DNA of 64,000 bases from Octopus sinensis (taxonomy: Eukaryota). The translations under genes were made by a program, and so were the position numbers. The DNA lies in NCBI RefSeq assembly GCF_006345805.1, contig NC_042999.1:103478001-103542000 (forward strand), in the 5' to 3' direction. Below are positions 13,461-27,388 of this stretch, one piece after another; positions within the stretch are counted from its first letter, which is position 1; every line of letters begins with the position of its first letter. The notes under the pieces were generated by a model. It was not told the DNA's origin and searched no databases. It saw nothing but the letters and a program-made list of their open reading frames with translations.

Positions 13461-14766
13461 ATTTCTTCTATAGTAATTTATCGAGTAAGAGACAGAGAAT
13501 GTTATAACTATTTGAAACCGCATCTTACTAAGTTCAGGGAATGATTTTATGTGAGTTATCTATCTGCTAGAAACATCAACTAAATCTCTATGAAATCAGA
13601 TACTGCTATTTTAAAAATAGTTGAAAGTATCAACTAATGAATGTTGTCAGAACAAAAGACAGGGTGGTCTCAGTTAGAATGCTATGAATCGAGAATAATT
13701 TTAGGATAAGCTACAATATCAACATAACACGGTAAAAGTTTAGCTGTAATCGTTAAGCATTTGACTAAATAGCTGTTATTGTTGAGTTTCAAGCCATCCC
13801 CGATTCTGCAATGATAAAAGCCACTTACGTCGTGACTACATCGCTACTCTTACTAGTATATTATCCAACGAGTTCTCCCTTTTTAAAGAAGTAAATTTAC
13901 CTACTAATATTAGTAACTCGTATGACTATGTAACAACTCTTTCATTGGCTCTTTTGTCCTTCACTGTTTGATAAAATAAGTACCAATTGTCTTAGAAAAG
14001 ATATATTCAAATGTAGTCTCCTGCACCAAGTATGTGGCCATAATATGCACAAATCCTGGCCATTACAGAATAGCAAGAGATACAACTTCAGCAATTTGAC
14101 TTCAAAAGCTATTTTCCTTTCTCTTATAAAGAAAATTCTTTCCACTTACGTATTGACGGTGTTCAGAAGTGGATGACTATCATTAAGTTCACCACATTCG
14201 CATTTATGTAATACAGATCATCGTACTGTCCTACATATACTTACTGTTATCAAGGCTTTAATATGCTATCCGCTGCACTGTAACTGTTTATTTTTCCTTT
14301 TATTTTAAAGGAAATTCTTCACCATTGAGGTTTAAATTATATGTTGGAAAATGTTTTACCCACTGCATTCACTGGCGCTCGGAGGCCATATTTTCTATGT
14401 TGATTAAATTCTATGATGATCAATCCGTTGAAGCTAGAAGTAATGTACTAAAATCTTTGCTTCCTAATACAACAGATTTGAAATTCTTCCAAGGATGACT
14501 TTTCCTTAATATCAATTTAATCATAAGCATTTTTGGATAGGATTATTTTCTTAAAGAAAGAAAAGTATTCTTTGAAATAATTTCATACTTGTTATTCCCA
14601 GGTCTGTCCTATTCGAGTTCACTTGTAATCAACGTCGTTTCAGTTAGGATCCACTAGTCTTCGTTTTTTAAGAGATGCGCACACGCAAACACATATTTAC
14701 AAACATATAATTATATATGTAGACATTTATATGCATCTATGTATAGATATACATACACAAATTATA

Positions 14767-14958
14767 TGACTGACTGCTTGCCACTAAAGCTTTTTTAAAT
14801 TCTCTCTCTGTTTATTTTCCTGTGTTCCTTTCTGCTGAAGAGCGTAGGCTCGAAACGTAAAAGACTTTCTCACCTTCCCAAGCGTCAAACTAATATACAT
14901 GTTTGTTGTTTACACACCTGTCTTCGCCTTTTGTTTTTTTGTTTTGCTGTAAATTCCA

Positions 14959-14962
<4 letters not shown>
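14767..14962 (+). mobile_element. Family H1 hammerhead-like repeat, copy 2, followed by (TA)n 14963-15036
   Basis: CCTTTCTGCTGAAGAGCGTAGGCTCGAAACGTAAAAGAC at 14827-14865 plus the shared downstream sequence. Confidence 0.8.
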
Positions 14963-15040
<78 letters not shown>

Positions 15041-15499
15041 TGTGTGTATATGTGTGCATGTAAGTGTATGTGTCTATGTTTGTGAGTGTATAGAAAGATG
15101 GATGTACGTATACCAGTTTTCATCTCCCAAACTGTCAACCGGAACAAAATTCTGACCCAATGTAGCAGCAATACAGAATTATTGAACCTAGAACCACATG
15201 GGGGTATATCAAACAGCAATTTCTGCACCAACACTGCCCTGAATTTTGTACGTCCTTCATCCATTGAGAGATATAGGTTGTCAAAAAGCTTACTTAACTT
15301 CTTAGATTCTATGAAAACTTTACTGGTATAAACATGTATTTGTAGCTCTTAATTTCCGCCATTTAGCTCCACTTTGTTTCAAAAATAGTTTCTTTGCAAA
15401 CTTTCTTTTTGTTCCATTTCCCCCTAAATATGTCACTGTTCTTTCAAAATTTTAACACACCTGAGAATAAACATGAATGCATGTGTTTTATTTGTGAGT

Positions 15500-15617
15500 G
15501 TACATATACATTACATATAGCGGGCATATATATACATATGCACATATGTGTGTTTGTGAGAGCGTACACACGTGCATATATGTATACATATATATATATA
15601 CACGCACATCTATATAA

Positions 15618-15699
<82 letters not shown>

Positions 15700-15780
15700 G
15701 CACATTTATATATATACATGCTCATCTTTATATAAACATAAACACTCACACACACATATATGTTTGTGTTTGCATATATC
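15500..15780. repeat. Compound (TA)/(CA) microsatellite
   Basis: Directly visible. Confidence 0.9.
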
Positions 15781-16367
15781 CTTCCTTTCATGCATCTCTA
15801 AGGTGCACTGTAGGTAGTTTCTCCTCTTCATTTTCATACACAGTTTTTCTCGCCAGAAAACCACATATCGATAATCGATATACCATTTTGAAATTGTCTT
15901 CTAATATTAAATCCAGCTTCTTCTATGATGTACTTTTGTGAAGATCGACCGTACCTTCTTTTATCCATTATGCTTTCATAGCATGATGTACATCTGCTTC
16001 TAATCCTTCTTATTTCAGATGGTAAGTGCAGTGTTTTGTCTTCCTATATAATCTTTTACATGGCTTTCGTTTATCTAACATAAATTCTATCCCCCTGTTG
16101 CTACTTCAATACGCTAGTTTCTGACATTAGTTTCTTTATACAAATTAAGATACAGAGCTCGTCGAAATCCAGTTTAAGACACTTTTGAATAAAACTTCTC
16201 CTTTCTTGAAACACCGCCCTCCTTTATTGATTAGGCATTAAACTTTGTTGGAGAACCTTCCACTCAATCTTATTTCTTCTTATATTCAAACTTTTCATCT
16301 TCACCAACACGGAACAAAAACTAACATTGCCTTTTTCTGTCATTCTCTTTCTCCTTTTTTTTCCACT

Positions 16368-16398
<31 letters not shown>

Positions 16399-16431
16399 AT
16401 CATCATCATATTCGTTATCATTATCATTATA

Positions 16432-16512
16432 ATTTTGCCTTTCATCCTTTCGGCGTCGATAAATTAAGTACCAGTTACGCACTGAGGTCAACGTAATCGA
16501 CTAGTCCCCTCC
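16432..16512 (+). mobile_element. SINE family A, central/3' fragment between (CCT)(CAT) and (ATT)(ATC) repeats
   Basis: TTTTGCCTTTCATCCTTTCGGCGTCGATAAATTAAGTACCAGTTACGCACTG. Confidence 0.8.
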
Positions 16513-16645
16513 CTCATTCTTATAATTCTTATAATAAGAATGATTATTATCCTCATCATTATTATTATTATCATTATCATTATTATGACCATTATCATCG
16601 TCGTCGTCATCATCATCATCATCATCATTATTATTATTATTATTC

Positions 16646-17060
16646 AAAATTTTCAGCATCCTATTAGTTTCGATCTCTAAGTCCTTGATTAGCTTTTCTG
16701 TGACTTTAATGGCAGGATTTCTTTGGGAAGTTGTTGGCATGTCGATGGCTGTGCACACCACCGTTCTTTCTGCCCATGGTAACGATGTCAAGACTGTTGG
16801 CTTGTATCTCTCTAACATCATGGATTGGCATATCTCAGAGATCGATGACGTTGTTGTCATACGTGATCATGTGTAGTTAGTGTTACAAAATCAGTTGTCC
16901 TGGTTTTATAACTGTTGCATATTTTCCACTGGATGTATAGGTGTATCCAGTCTTTGCTTGTTCCAGACATCCAGAGACAATGCAGTCGATGGTTCCTTCA
17001 TATTTTTCTTAGATCCTGCACTGTGGACCTGTTCCACCTTGATTAATTGCGATAGTGATA
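16646..17060 (-). mobile_element. Decayed R4/Dong-type RLE fragment adjacent to (ATT)/(ATC)n
   Basis: Minus-strand peptides CRI…TIDCIVSGC (CCHC region) and IDMPTTSQRNPAIKVTEKL.KDLEIETNRM (compare IDMTVP…KYKDLEIEISKM in the 33885 ORF). Confidence 0.65.
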
Positions 17061-18203
17061 AAATCTGTTCGCGACACTGATTTTGTGCAGCAACTATCCG
17101 ACCGTCTGCCTTGGCTTTCAGTTCAGTAATCTAAAGCCACATGGCTCATATCTTCATCTCGTATTCGTGCATTACCCTGGCAACTATAAAAGATTTCTGC
17201 AAAGACGAAGCTGGTGGCTTTCACCGAATCTGGACGTGTTTCACTCAACTCTCAGAATTTTGGATTCTATAATATCAATCTACATGGAAAACTATTTGTG
17301 AAAAGAAAAAAACTCAATCTGTAACTCGCAAATTAACAATATCGTTAATCAATGTGGGAACTCTTATCAAAATGCGAACGAAAATATATGTTTTTATGGA
17401 TAGTTAGCGGAATAACAAAAGAAATTCAATTTCTTAACCGAATAGTAGAAAAATATAATGACAGCTTTAATTTGAACAATTTTAACGATGATTAGCGATA
17501 ACAGAGACAACACGCAGAGCTTCGTAGTTTTTATAGTATAAAAATGAGAAAAGTAAATTGATCAGTAAAGAAGACAATTCCAGCCTTGCGGATGCCAACG
17601 CAGCCTCAAATAAATAAGCTTTAGATATAAATTACCGTGAGGGAAAAATGTTTTTTCAACATGTGTTATCTTTGTAAGTTTGTTTTCCATGTTGTTTGTT
17701 TGGTATCTGACATTCCTAAGTACATAGTTCTGAGTGAGTTGCTACTTTTCTTTGCACCTCACTTTCCTATGTGATACTGATGACTGTGTAGGTTGTCACT
17801 GCCGTTTGCATAGGCGTTATACTTCTTTTGTTTGTTTCTTATTACAGACGATTCATATTCTCAGAATCAGAAAAACTAGAGTTGTTGCTATTAGCTACTT
17901 CCTCAACGTTTTTATCATTAGGGGTGGCTTCCTAGGTCCATAGAAAGATCTTAATATTAATTTAATTCTAAATTATTTCCAGCCTTTATTTGTTATGTTT
18001 GCGATTTCCTTTTTTAGATTTACATACTTTTATTTTATTTATTTTTTTTTTGTAAGGATCTGCTCGGCTTTTTGCTGGTCAGTTTTCTGTAAGAGTTCAA
18101 CGTTTTTGTTTTATTGTTTCGTTGTTTATCTTGTATTTCACGTGTGAGATCTACCTTCATGGTGTACGTTCTCAACGTCTACATCTATTTATTTTCTGCC
18201 ATT

Positions 18204-18238
<35 letters not shown>

Positions 18239-20120
18239 TTACATTATGAATTCTTTCTTTCAAGTGTTCTACTTGGTTTACTGATTTTCCCCTTTGAGAA
18301 AGTATCTGTTAGGATATGCTAGGCTTAAATTGGAATTATTTTTTCTGTGAAGGATTAGCAAAATCCTGTCACATTTTCCATTTAAAGATAATGTGAAACT
18401 GTGAAATGTGTATATAAATTACAAACTCATTTCTTTTATGCCCATTTGTCCTATTTCCTATTTTATGCGAGGGACTTAAAGAGTAAAGTTAATCTTTTTT
18501 TATTTAGGTGTTAATAGTTTTATAGGATACAAGTTTATTTGCTTTTCACGGTAATATATTCTTACTTTTAAGGTGTCAAATTCAATTCTCTCACTTATTT
18601 TAAGCCTTTACTGAATGTTACGATTTACATTTGATTTTTAACCGTTTTTTGTTGGGGTGGAGATTATATCTGTCAAGTAGGTGCTAATATGAATGTTTTC
18701 CCTTACTGTGTATTTAGGCATTTATCCCGTCACCTTATACGAACATTTATATTGCATGAACTGAGGCAAATTTCAATAAAGATTACACATGACTTTCATA
18801 GATATGATATATTTTCGTAATTTTCTTAAAAGATAGAGGTTTATTGCTATCATCATCATCTATGTTCGTTATTCAACTTTTACTTCTTAATATGCATATA
18901 TTATTTTTCGTTCGTACTCAAACACTGTTAATTTCACTTTCGTTTTCTTGTATCTTGTGCTCATTATCTTGTGTTCATTAACATCACAGTTTTCAGTGTC
19001 GATTGACACATAGCCTAACCAAATCTATTCCTGTAATATGAAGTTTATTTTCATATTATTCTTCATCTCATATCTCAAGATCTTCTTTGTAAAACTGGAT
19101 GCCGTTCATCATACAGAATTGTATTTCTCTTTCTGAAGAGATAGTTCTTTCTTATAAATAATTATCATTTGGAATTATATTTTTTTCATTTCGTCTTATG
19201 TATTTTAATGTTTTATAGCAGAAAAAGATCCATAGGCTTCATTCTGACCATGATTGATTTCATTATATTGATGCATATCTCATCTTTACTATCTTGCATT
19301 TTCTTACATAAACTCTGTGAACTTGTGGAACAATGTTACTCTTTTGTATGATGAACAGCCTACCCTATGATGCCATAAAGTCGGATCTCACTATCAAAAT
19401 CTGGTTAATTTCATTGGTAATATATCTTTCATTTATCAATAATTGATCTTCCATACTGTATACTACTTGATTCACGCTTATCAGTCTCTTGTCTAATGTG
19501 CAATTCTTATTAGTATGCCCATTCTCTTATCTGCATGGTCAGTATTCATTGTGAGACACTGCAGCTCTGAGTCCAGCATCGATCACAGGCGTTTTGGATT
19601 TCAAGTGTTTCCAAACTTGAAAATGTGTTTGATAAAAGCTTCAACTTTAAATATTCTGTACTGAGTGATTTAGTAGAGCTTGAAAATTAGGAAGACCTGG
19701 AGGGTAGGCCGAATTGTCAACGAAGAAACGTTACACTATGATTTCAGAAAATTTTCGAGCCGACAATTAGGAAATTTGAAATTGATACCGTTTGGAAATC
19801 TGGAGGACAATAAATAACCAGCGAAGCTTAAAAAGATAAATATAACAGAATACCATAACATATCTGGGACAAGAATAGGAAATATTGTTTCCGAAACAGC
19901 TACTGGTGCTAACGTTTATAATCATAAATCTAGTACCGAGTAAGATTTAGAACTGCATTATAATAAGTGTCCAGGTACCAGATGTTCAACTTATGATAAT
20001 TATAAATTATCAACATTTCCAGTTTTATTGAATTATAATGACATGAGTGTCAGTGGTTTATTCTCAATACAATCCTCAATTATTAAGATTAGCTTTTATA
20101 TTTAATCCATGAACAATATA

Positions 20121-20240
20121 TTTCTTTATTGCCCACAGGGGGCTAAACATAGAGGGGACAAACAAGGAGAGACAAAGGGTTTAAGTCGATTAGATTGACC
20201 CCAGTGCGTAACTGGTACTTATTTAATCGACCCCGAAAGA
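20121..20240 (-). mobile_element. SINE family A, 3' half (long tail)
   Basis: Reverse complement: TCTTTCGGGGTCGATTAAATAAGTACCAGTTACGCACTGGGGTC…TTTGTCCCCTCTATGTTTAGCCCCCTGTGGGCAATAAAGAAA. Confidence 0.88.
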
Positions 20241-20829
20241 TTGAACAATTTAAAGGCTTTGTAAGCGTAAAGAAAACAAGACATTATCATTCCCTTTCTC
20301 CAGCACGAGGATAATATTACTGTAGAAAACTAGGTGTTGTGGCTTTATTCTGATCTATTCTCATTCTAATTCTCCTTGGTGAAGCAGTTAGGAGAGAATC
20401 ATTATGTAATTATACATGAACAGATATTTGTTAGCGTAAGAAAATAAACACTAAATAATTCAAAAATCCCACTCGCATTAAAGTAAATAAGTTGAAAGGA
20501 AATAGATAAGTTAACATACCAAATGCAACACTAACTTACTTTTCCTCTTCTGAGGAGAGATAACGATCATAGAATTACTTGGAAGAAGAGGATCGGACGC
20601 AACATCCTTTTATTCTTTCTCTATTTCCAGTTTCTGTAAGTTCCAAGAATTTCAGATTCTAGCCAAATTTACTGAATTTATTTAGTATCAATATAGATAC
20701 CTCTCTTCGGGTAATTTTAGAAGTACACAAAAATGCGTGCGCACACACTAAATACATCCTCTCTTTTTCCTTTCTTTCTCTCTCTCTCTCTCTCTCACAT
20801 ATACATGTGCTCGCGCCCCAGAGTCCAGT

Positions 20830-21124
20830 ATTGCATCATATATATATACTAGTATATATATATATATGTACAAATATATATATGATATATATATATAAAA
20901 TACATATATGTATATACAATATATATATATTGTATATATATGTATTTATATATATATATAGATATATATATATTGTATATATATGTATTTTATATATATA
21001 TATATATTGTATATATATATGTATTTTATTATATATATATGTACAAATATATATATGATATATATATATATATATATAATATATATATATATATATAATA
21101 TAATATATATATTGTATATATATG

Positions 21125-21175
<51 letters not shown>

Positions 21176-21241
21176 ATATGTATTTTATAAATATATATAT
21201 ATATTATATTATATATATATGTACATTTATTAGCATATGCA

Positions 21242-21276
<35 letters not shown>

Positions 21277-21343
21277 TTATATATATATGTACATTTATGA
21301 GCATATGCATGTGTATATATATACATATAAATATATTTATATA

Positions 21344-21389
<46 letters not shown>

Positions 21390-21414
21390 GTACATTTATT
21401 AGCATATGCATGTG

Positions 21415-21500
<86 letters not shown>
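20830..21500. repeat. Long interrupted (TA)n array with higher-order units (e.g. TGTACATTTATTAGCATATGCATGTG x3)
   Basis: Directly visible. Confidence 0.92.
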
Positions 21501-22365
21501 GTGACAATTATTTGGTTGCCATAATAAAACTCCAACTTTCGGATGTCGGGGCGGAAACGTGCACCGGCATCTCTTCAGTTATCGAGGCAATCAAAATATA
21601 CAACTGAATAATTTTCACATATTATATTACAGATAATTTCCTCTACATAATATCGAGGTATCTTTCACTCTTTTGTTTTCTTACCATTACTATATATATA
21701 TATAGAGAGAGAGAGTTATATTTATGGCTGTGTATGTATATATTTATATATTTGGCTATGTATGTATTTACCAGGTTTTATTATTTACAATTTTACATTA
21801 TAATAATAGAATATTATATATTTATTGTGATAAAACTAGTAGTTTCGTGCGTTACACAGTCATCAGGTTTATGTAGTATTAGTGACTGTTGTGTTCCACA
21901 ATTGACTACTATATATACGTATCGCTCGATAGTATACCGTATATATATATCAACTTTTTCATTCGTTCTTTCGAGTTCGATAAATAAGGTATTTGTCCAA
22001 AGCGAAACAGTGTAGACATTGTACGAACGTCTGGTTAATTATCTTGCGATGTCTGGTATGACTCTTTGTTTTAAATTCAAATGCCGATTAGGGATTCTAA
22101 TCCAACACCCCCCCTCCAAGCCAATGATTCAATCATTTAACATTATTGATTATGATATCTACAATGGGTGCAGGAAGATTTTCACAATTTGAAACTGATG
22201 TAGAACGATGTGGCAGCGCCCAGCAGCAACAAATTATTAAGCCATAAACGAATATTGTAATGCAGAGATATCATATTAGAAAAAAACATTTTTGAAAGGC
22301 AAGGCTATATTTAAATATTTTGTATTGTTTGGTTCCATTTAAAAACATTAAAATTCATAAATTAG

Positions 22366-22468
22366 ATTCTGCTAGGGTGTATATTGTCATAATTTCGTGT
22401 AAATAATGCTGTATTAAATTCTGCTAGGGAGTATATTGTCACAATTTCGTGTAAATAATGCTGTATTA
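22366..22468. repeat. 52-bp tandem duplication
   Basis: ATTCTGCTAGGG.GTATATTGTCA.AATTTCGTGTAAATAATGCTGTATTA occurs twice (22366, 22418). Confidence 0.9.
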
Positions 22469-22689
22469 TATAAATAGAAATTGCTAAATTTTCGCTGAAA
22501 GCTTCAATTACTATCTACTACTGCTATCATACGCTCGAGTTAGTCGGTGTCAGTGAACTTTTAGTAAACTAAAACCTTATTTAAAGTGACTTTCATCTAA
22601 GTTATTTACATTTCTAAATGAAAACCAAACACTAACAAAGAGACTAACAATCGTAAAGTGTGCAGTCACATCAAAGGAAATGAGTACTT

Positions 22690-23110
22690 CGACAACAAGC
22701 ATCAGTAACAGGAGCGATAACGACCAGCAGCCAGATTAGTTACAACCTTAAGAACAAAAACTGTAGCAAACTAACAATAATCACAATAAGTACCAGCAAC
22801 AATTAACAGCAGCACGTGCAGCAGCAAAAACAACTACCATATCAAGAAGAGCAGCGAGAGCGAAAAACAATGATAACAGCCAATAAGAGCAACAACTGCT
22901 ATAGCAGTCAGAGTAATAACAGCGTAACAAACTCCATAACAATAAGAATTTACAAAAGAAAAACACATCTGCAGCAGGTAGAGCAGAAACAATAACGTTC
23001 ATATCAAGTAGAGCAACATAAACAAAGATCAATAACTGCAACATCAACCACTACCTCCACCACCATCATCATAACAACAACTGCAACAAGAACAAAAGTA
23101 CCAGCAACCT
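22690..23110. repeat. Degenerate (CAA)/(CAG)-rich low-complexity tract
   Basis: Directly visible. Confidence 0.7.
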
Positions 23111-23361
23111 TGTACATGAAGCTGTTTTACCTTATATGCCTTACATTCCGTGACTGCTTCAATCCAAACACCTTATTAACATCACGATTATATCAGATTT
23201 TTTATAAAGACACTCGCAGTTTCACATTGCTTGTACACATACCCCAATAAAAACAGTTATATTTATATATAATTAGTCATACACACGCTCTTCTGAAAAT
23301 ATGCATGCTTGGATGTAAACATGCAGACACATGTATGAATAAATATAAGGAAATAAAATAT

Positions 23362-23523
23362 GCAGGAGTGGCTGTGTGGTAAGTAGCTTGCTAACCAACC
23401 ACATGGTTCCGGGTTCAGTCCCACTGCGTGGCATCTTGGGCAAGTGTCTTCTGCTATAGCCCCGGGCCGACCAATGCCTTGTGAGTGGATTTGGTCGACG
23501 GAAACTGAAAGAAGCCTGTCGTA

Positions 23524-23610
<87 letters not shown>

Positions 23611-23827
23611 TGTGTGTATGTGTGTGTGTGTTTGTCCCCCTAGTATTACTTGACAACCGATGCTGGTGTGTTTACGTCCCCGTCACTTAGCGGTTCGGCA
23701 AAAAGAGACCGATAGAATAAGTACTGGGCTTACAAAGAATAAGTCCCGGGGTCGATTTGCTCGACTAAAGGCGGTGCTCCAGCATGGCCGCAGTCAAATG
23801 ACTGAAACAAGTAAAAGAGTAAAAGAG
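23362..23827 (+). mobile_element. SINE family B (tRNA head, CORE-like CTTGGGCAAG block, internal (TA)/(TG) microsatellite, 3' tail)
   Basis: TGGCTGTGTGGTAAG (A box), GGTTCAGTCCC (B box), GGCATCTTGGGCAAGTG. Tail GGCGGTGCTCCAGCATGGCCGCAG…(GTAAAAGA)2. Same architecture at 24085-24478 and 57860-58261. Confidence 0.88.
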
Positions 23828-24084
23828 TATGCACAGGCACATTGATATTTATACATTTAAACATGTCGTACTGTTTTGTTGGGCCCCACAATACCAACAG
23901 TATGACCATATAGTGACCATACTGTGATGTGACCATAACCTGGTCATTTGTCGTTATATTTTGATTATATGTAAGCAAACGTGTTGTTATCGCCATCGAC
24001 AGTCCCCAAATCAATTATAATCGGCCAAGTTTTTCATAAAAGACTTCCCAACCATGACCATCTGTCTTTATATAAATGCTTATA

Positions 24085-24478
24085 CAGATAAACTTGCTTC
24101 CTACACAGGTGGTCTTGGTTAAATTCCATTGTGGGGCACCTTGGGCCAGTGTTTCTACAAATAGCCCCGGGCTGAGCAAAGCCTTATAAGGGGATTTGGT
24201 AGGGTAGAGGGAAACTGAAAAAAGCCCGTCATATATATGCATTGAAATGTTTATATATACCTAAATATGTGTGCATGAGTATCTTTGTTCCTCATCATGG
24301 CTTGAAAACTGGTGTTGTTTTGTTTACGCCCTTGTAAGTTAGGGGTTGTACAAAAAGAGATCGATAGAACAAGTGCCAAGCTTAAAAAATAGGTACTGAG
24401 GCCGATTTGTTAAACCTTTCAAGATGGTGCCCTAGCATGGCTGCAATCCAATAATTGAAACAAATAAAAGATAAAAAA
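24085..24478 (+). mobile_element. SINE family B, diverged copy
   Basis: GGCACCTTGGGCCAGTGT…GGAAACTGAAAAAAGCCCGTC…GGTGCCCTAGCATGGCTGCA…GAAACAAATAAAAG. Confidence 0.8.
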
Positions 24479-24811
24479 AGGTATTACTAACTCGCTCGTG
24501 TGCACACACACAAAAGCACACACATACAGTGTAGCATATCGTACGTGCAAAAGTGTTGTTCGCATGACTTAATACGTAAATATTAATACAGCATATCGAG
24601 GAAAATAACCATTGAACAGCGAGCGCCAATATTCAAAGCGGTTTGAGCGTATATAAACATTATATATCATAACGATAAATTAATATTATTATATATTAAA
24701 TACGTTATAATATAGGCGGCTAAAGCAATTAAAAACCAAAAAGGTAGACTACATAAATAAGTGTGCAAAATAGCACGTACAACTGCTGGAAATAAGAGCT
24801 AAAAAAAATAT

Positions 24812-24872
24812 GGATTCCCCTGAAGAGAAACGAAACCTTACTGGTTGAATTTCGAAATCATATGATAGATTC
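24812..24872 (+). ncRNA. Hammerhead-ribozyme-like motif (type I, weak stem I)
   Basis: CUGAAGA-GAAA…UUUC-GAAA-UCAUAUGA-UA. Intact core boxes, palindromic stem III (AUCAUAUGAU), poor stem I pairing. Confidence 0.5.
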
Positions 24873-25139
24873 TTATCAAATTACTTTATTCAACGAGATA
24901 AAACACGCTGAAGAAAGATGTTGTGGCTTGTCGCTTGCAGTACCTTTTGAACATCTCATGCGGTTGGTGATTTTGTGCGGCACTTCGAGTTATATTTTTC
25001 AGTACTCATTTCTAGCAAATGAAGCTGCTATTTTGCACCTTTATTCATGTATTCTACCTTTTTGGTTTCTAGTTTCTTTAGCCACCTATGTTATAACGTA
25101 TTTAATATCTCATGATATTAATTTATCGTTATATCTTAC

Positions 25140-25668
<529 letters not shown>

Positions 25669-25960
25669 ACTTGTATGTATGTATCTCTCCATAAATTTAG
25701 AATTTGGATATGGATATGTTTAACAGATGCATTTTAAAAGAGAGAAGTAAAGATTATCATTTGCTTTGATCTACCCATAATTATCGTAATTTTTATGAAT
25801 CCGGTTGGGAAGATATATAGAACTTAATGGAACTGAATTGAAGTGCACTTTCAACTCGTTTTTTTTTTAATATATTTCTATTCGTGTGAAATAGACGTAG
25901 ACTTGTGTTTGCGTATATATGTGTGCTTGTGTGTGTGTGAATGTGCGTGTGTCTATGAGC

Positions 25961-25999
<39 letters not shown>

Positions 26000-26798
26000 T
26001 TAGCTGAGTTAGAGGTTAAAATAAACGTCTAAGGGATAGAAGTATCCATTACGCTACCGGTATATTACCTATATTTAACCATGGGCATACACATACCAGC
26101 ATATTATGCTCATAAATTATAGGTAAAGACAAGGATTCACATGGGCTTATCAAGAATCAAAATTTAGATGGGATGCAGTCTATTTACATTGAATTAATAA
26201 ATAACTGATGTGAGTTAATTGTTTTTCATCAATTTTTCTCCATTTTCTGGGGTTTTTTATACGTATATATATGTGTGTGTATGTGTGTGTGTGTGTATAG
26301 ATATGAATATTATGTGTGTATATGTGTGTGTGTTTGTGTCTGTATGTGTGCATTCAAAGCCTTTTTCTGTGCTTAATTTTCGTGTTTATTTTATCTGATT
26401 CAGTATAATCCATGCGATAAAAAGTGTTGTAATATACTAATTATTTTTAGTATATTGCATGAATTATATTGATACAGAATGATAATGTTCAGAGGATGAA
26501 TTTAGTAAACACAGCTGACTGTGCAACTGAAACGTGTGTAAACCTTTCAGGCATTAGCGTAGTGTCACTGTGTTGAGCATATCTAACTCAATTTGCATAC
26601 ATAACTTTTGAGACTGCTTATAACTTATAACACTACAACGTATGAACGCTACAATATTCATAAGCTTCTGTGTGTTGCTTCATTCTCACGTCTTCACGCC
26701 ACTGTTGTATTCAGGTGCATACTATGTCATGACGTGTATTTGAGTTCGTGATGCTCGTTACTTCTGACACACACACACACACACACACACACACCACA

Positions 26799-26839
<41 letters not shown>

Positions 26840-27103
26840 TACTGTATGTTTGTGTTCTCTAACTTTATTTTAGGCATTGGTGATGCCTGTGCGTGAAATT
26901 GCATGAATACAAGTATCTTGCAAAGAACACTATAACTGGTATCTTTATTTATTTATATTTTCTTTCGGCTTTGCCGCTTTCTTTTCATTTTATTACCTTA
27001 CAGTGATAAAATAGTCACCTACGATCTACCACAATCACACCATAAACATTCTCTCTCTTACTTTCTTTCTTATTTTCGTTCTTCCTTTCTTTCTCTCTCT
27101 CTC

Positions 27104-27138
<35 letters not shown>

Positions 27139-27388
27139 ATATATAAATGCAAGATCCAAGGATCGAGGTGTAGGAAGGATGTGAATTTCAGGCAATCCGT
27201 AGAAAATATAAAAAGACAACTTTCAGGAAAAATAGTGTTTTATTGCGGTGGATGGTCGTAGATTTTTTCGTATCGCAGTACGATAAGCTGAAAAAAAAAG
27301 ATTTTATACTTCACAGTAGGCTGCCAGGATTGCTAAGTATGCGAATGAAAATACGAGAGTTAAGGAAACTTCTGTGTGTTAACATGTA

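Noticed and set aside
13900-14640. WPPS motif suggesting a Tc1 relic
   Set aside because: Isolated four-residue match without surrounding transposase motifs or TIRs.
15840-16200. Possible RTE C-terminal relic (KRRYGRS…FWRE on the minus strand)
   Set aside because: Only short motif fragments across several frames.
17700-19600. AT-rich tract with hints of decayed retroelement coding (GHTNKNC knuckle-like on the minus strand)
   Set aside because: No continuous frame or second motif to support it.
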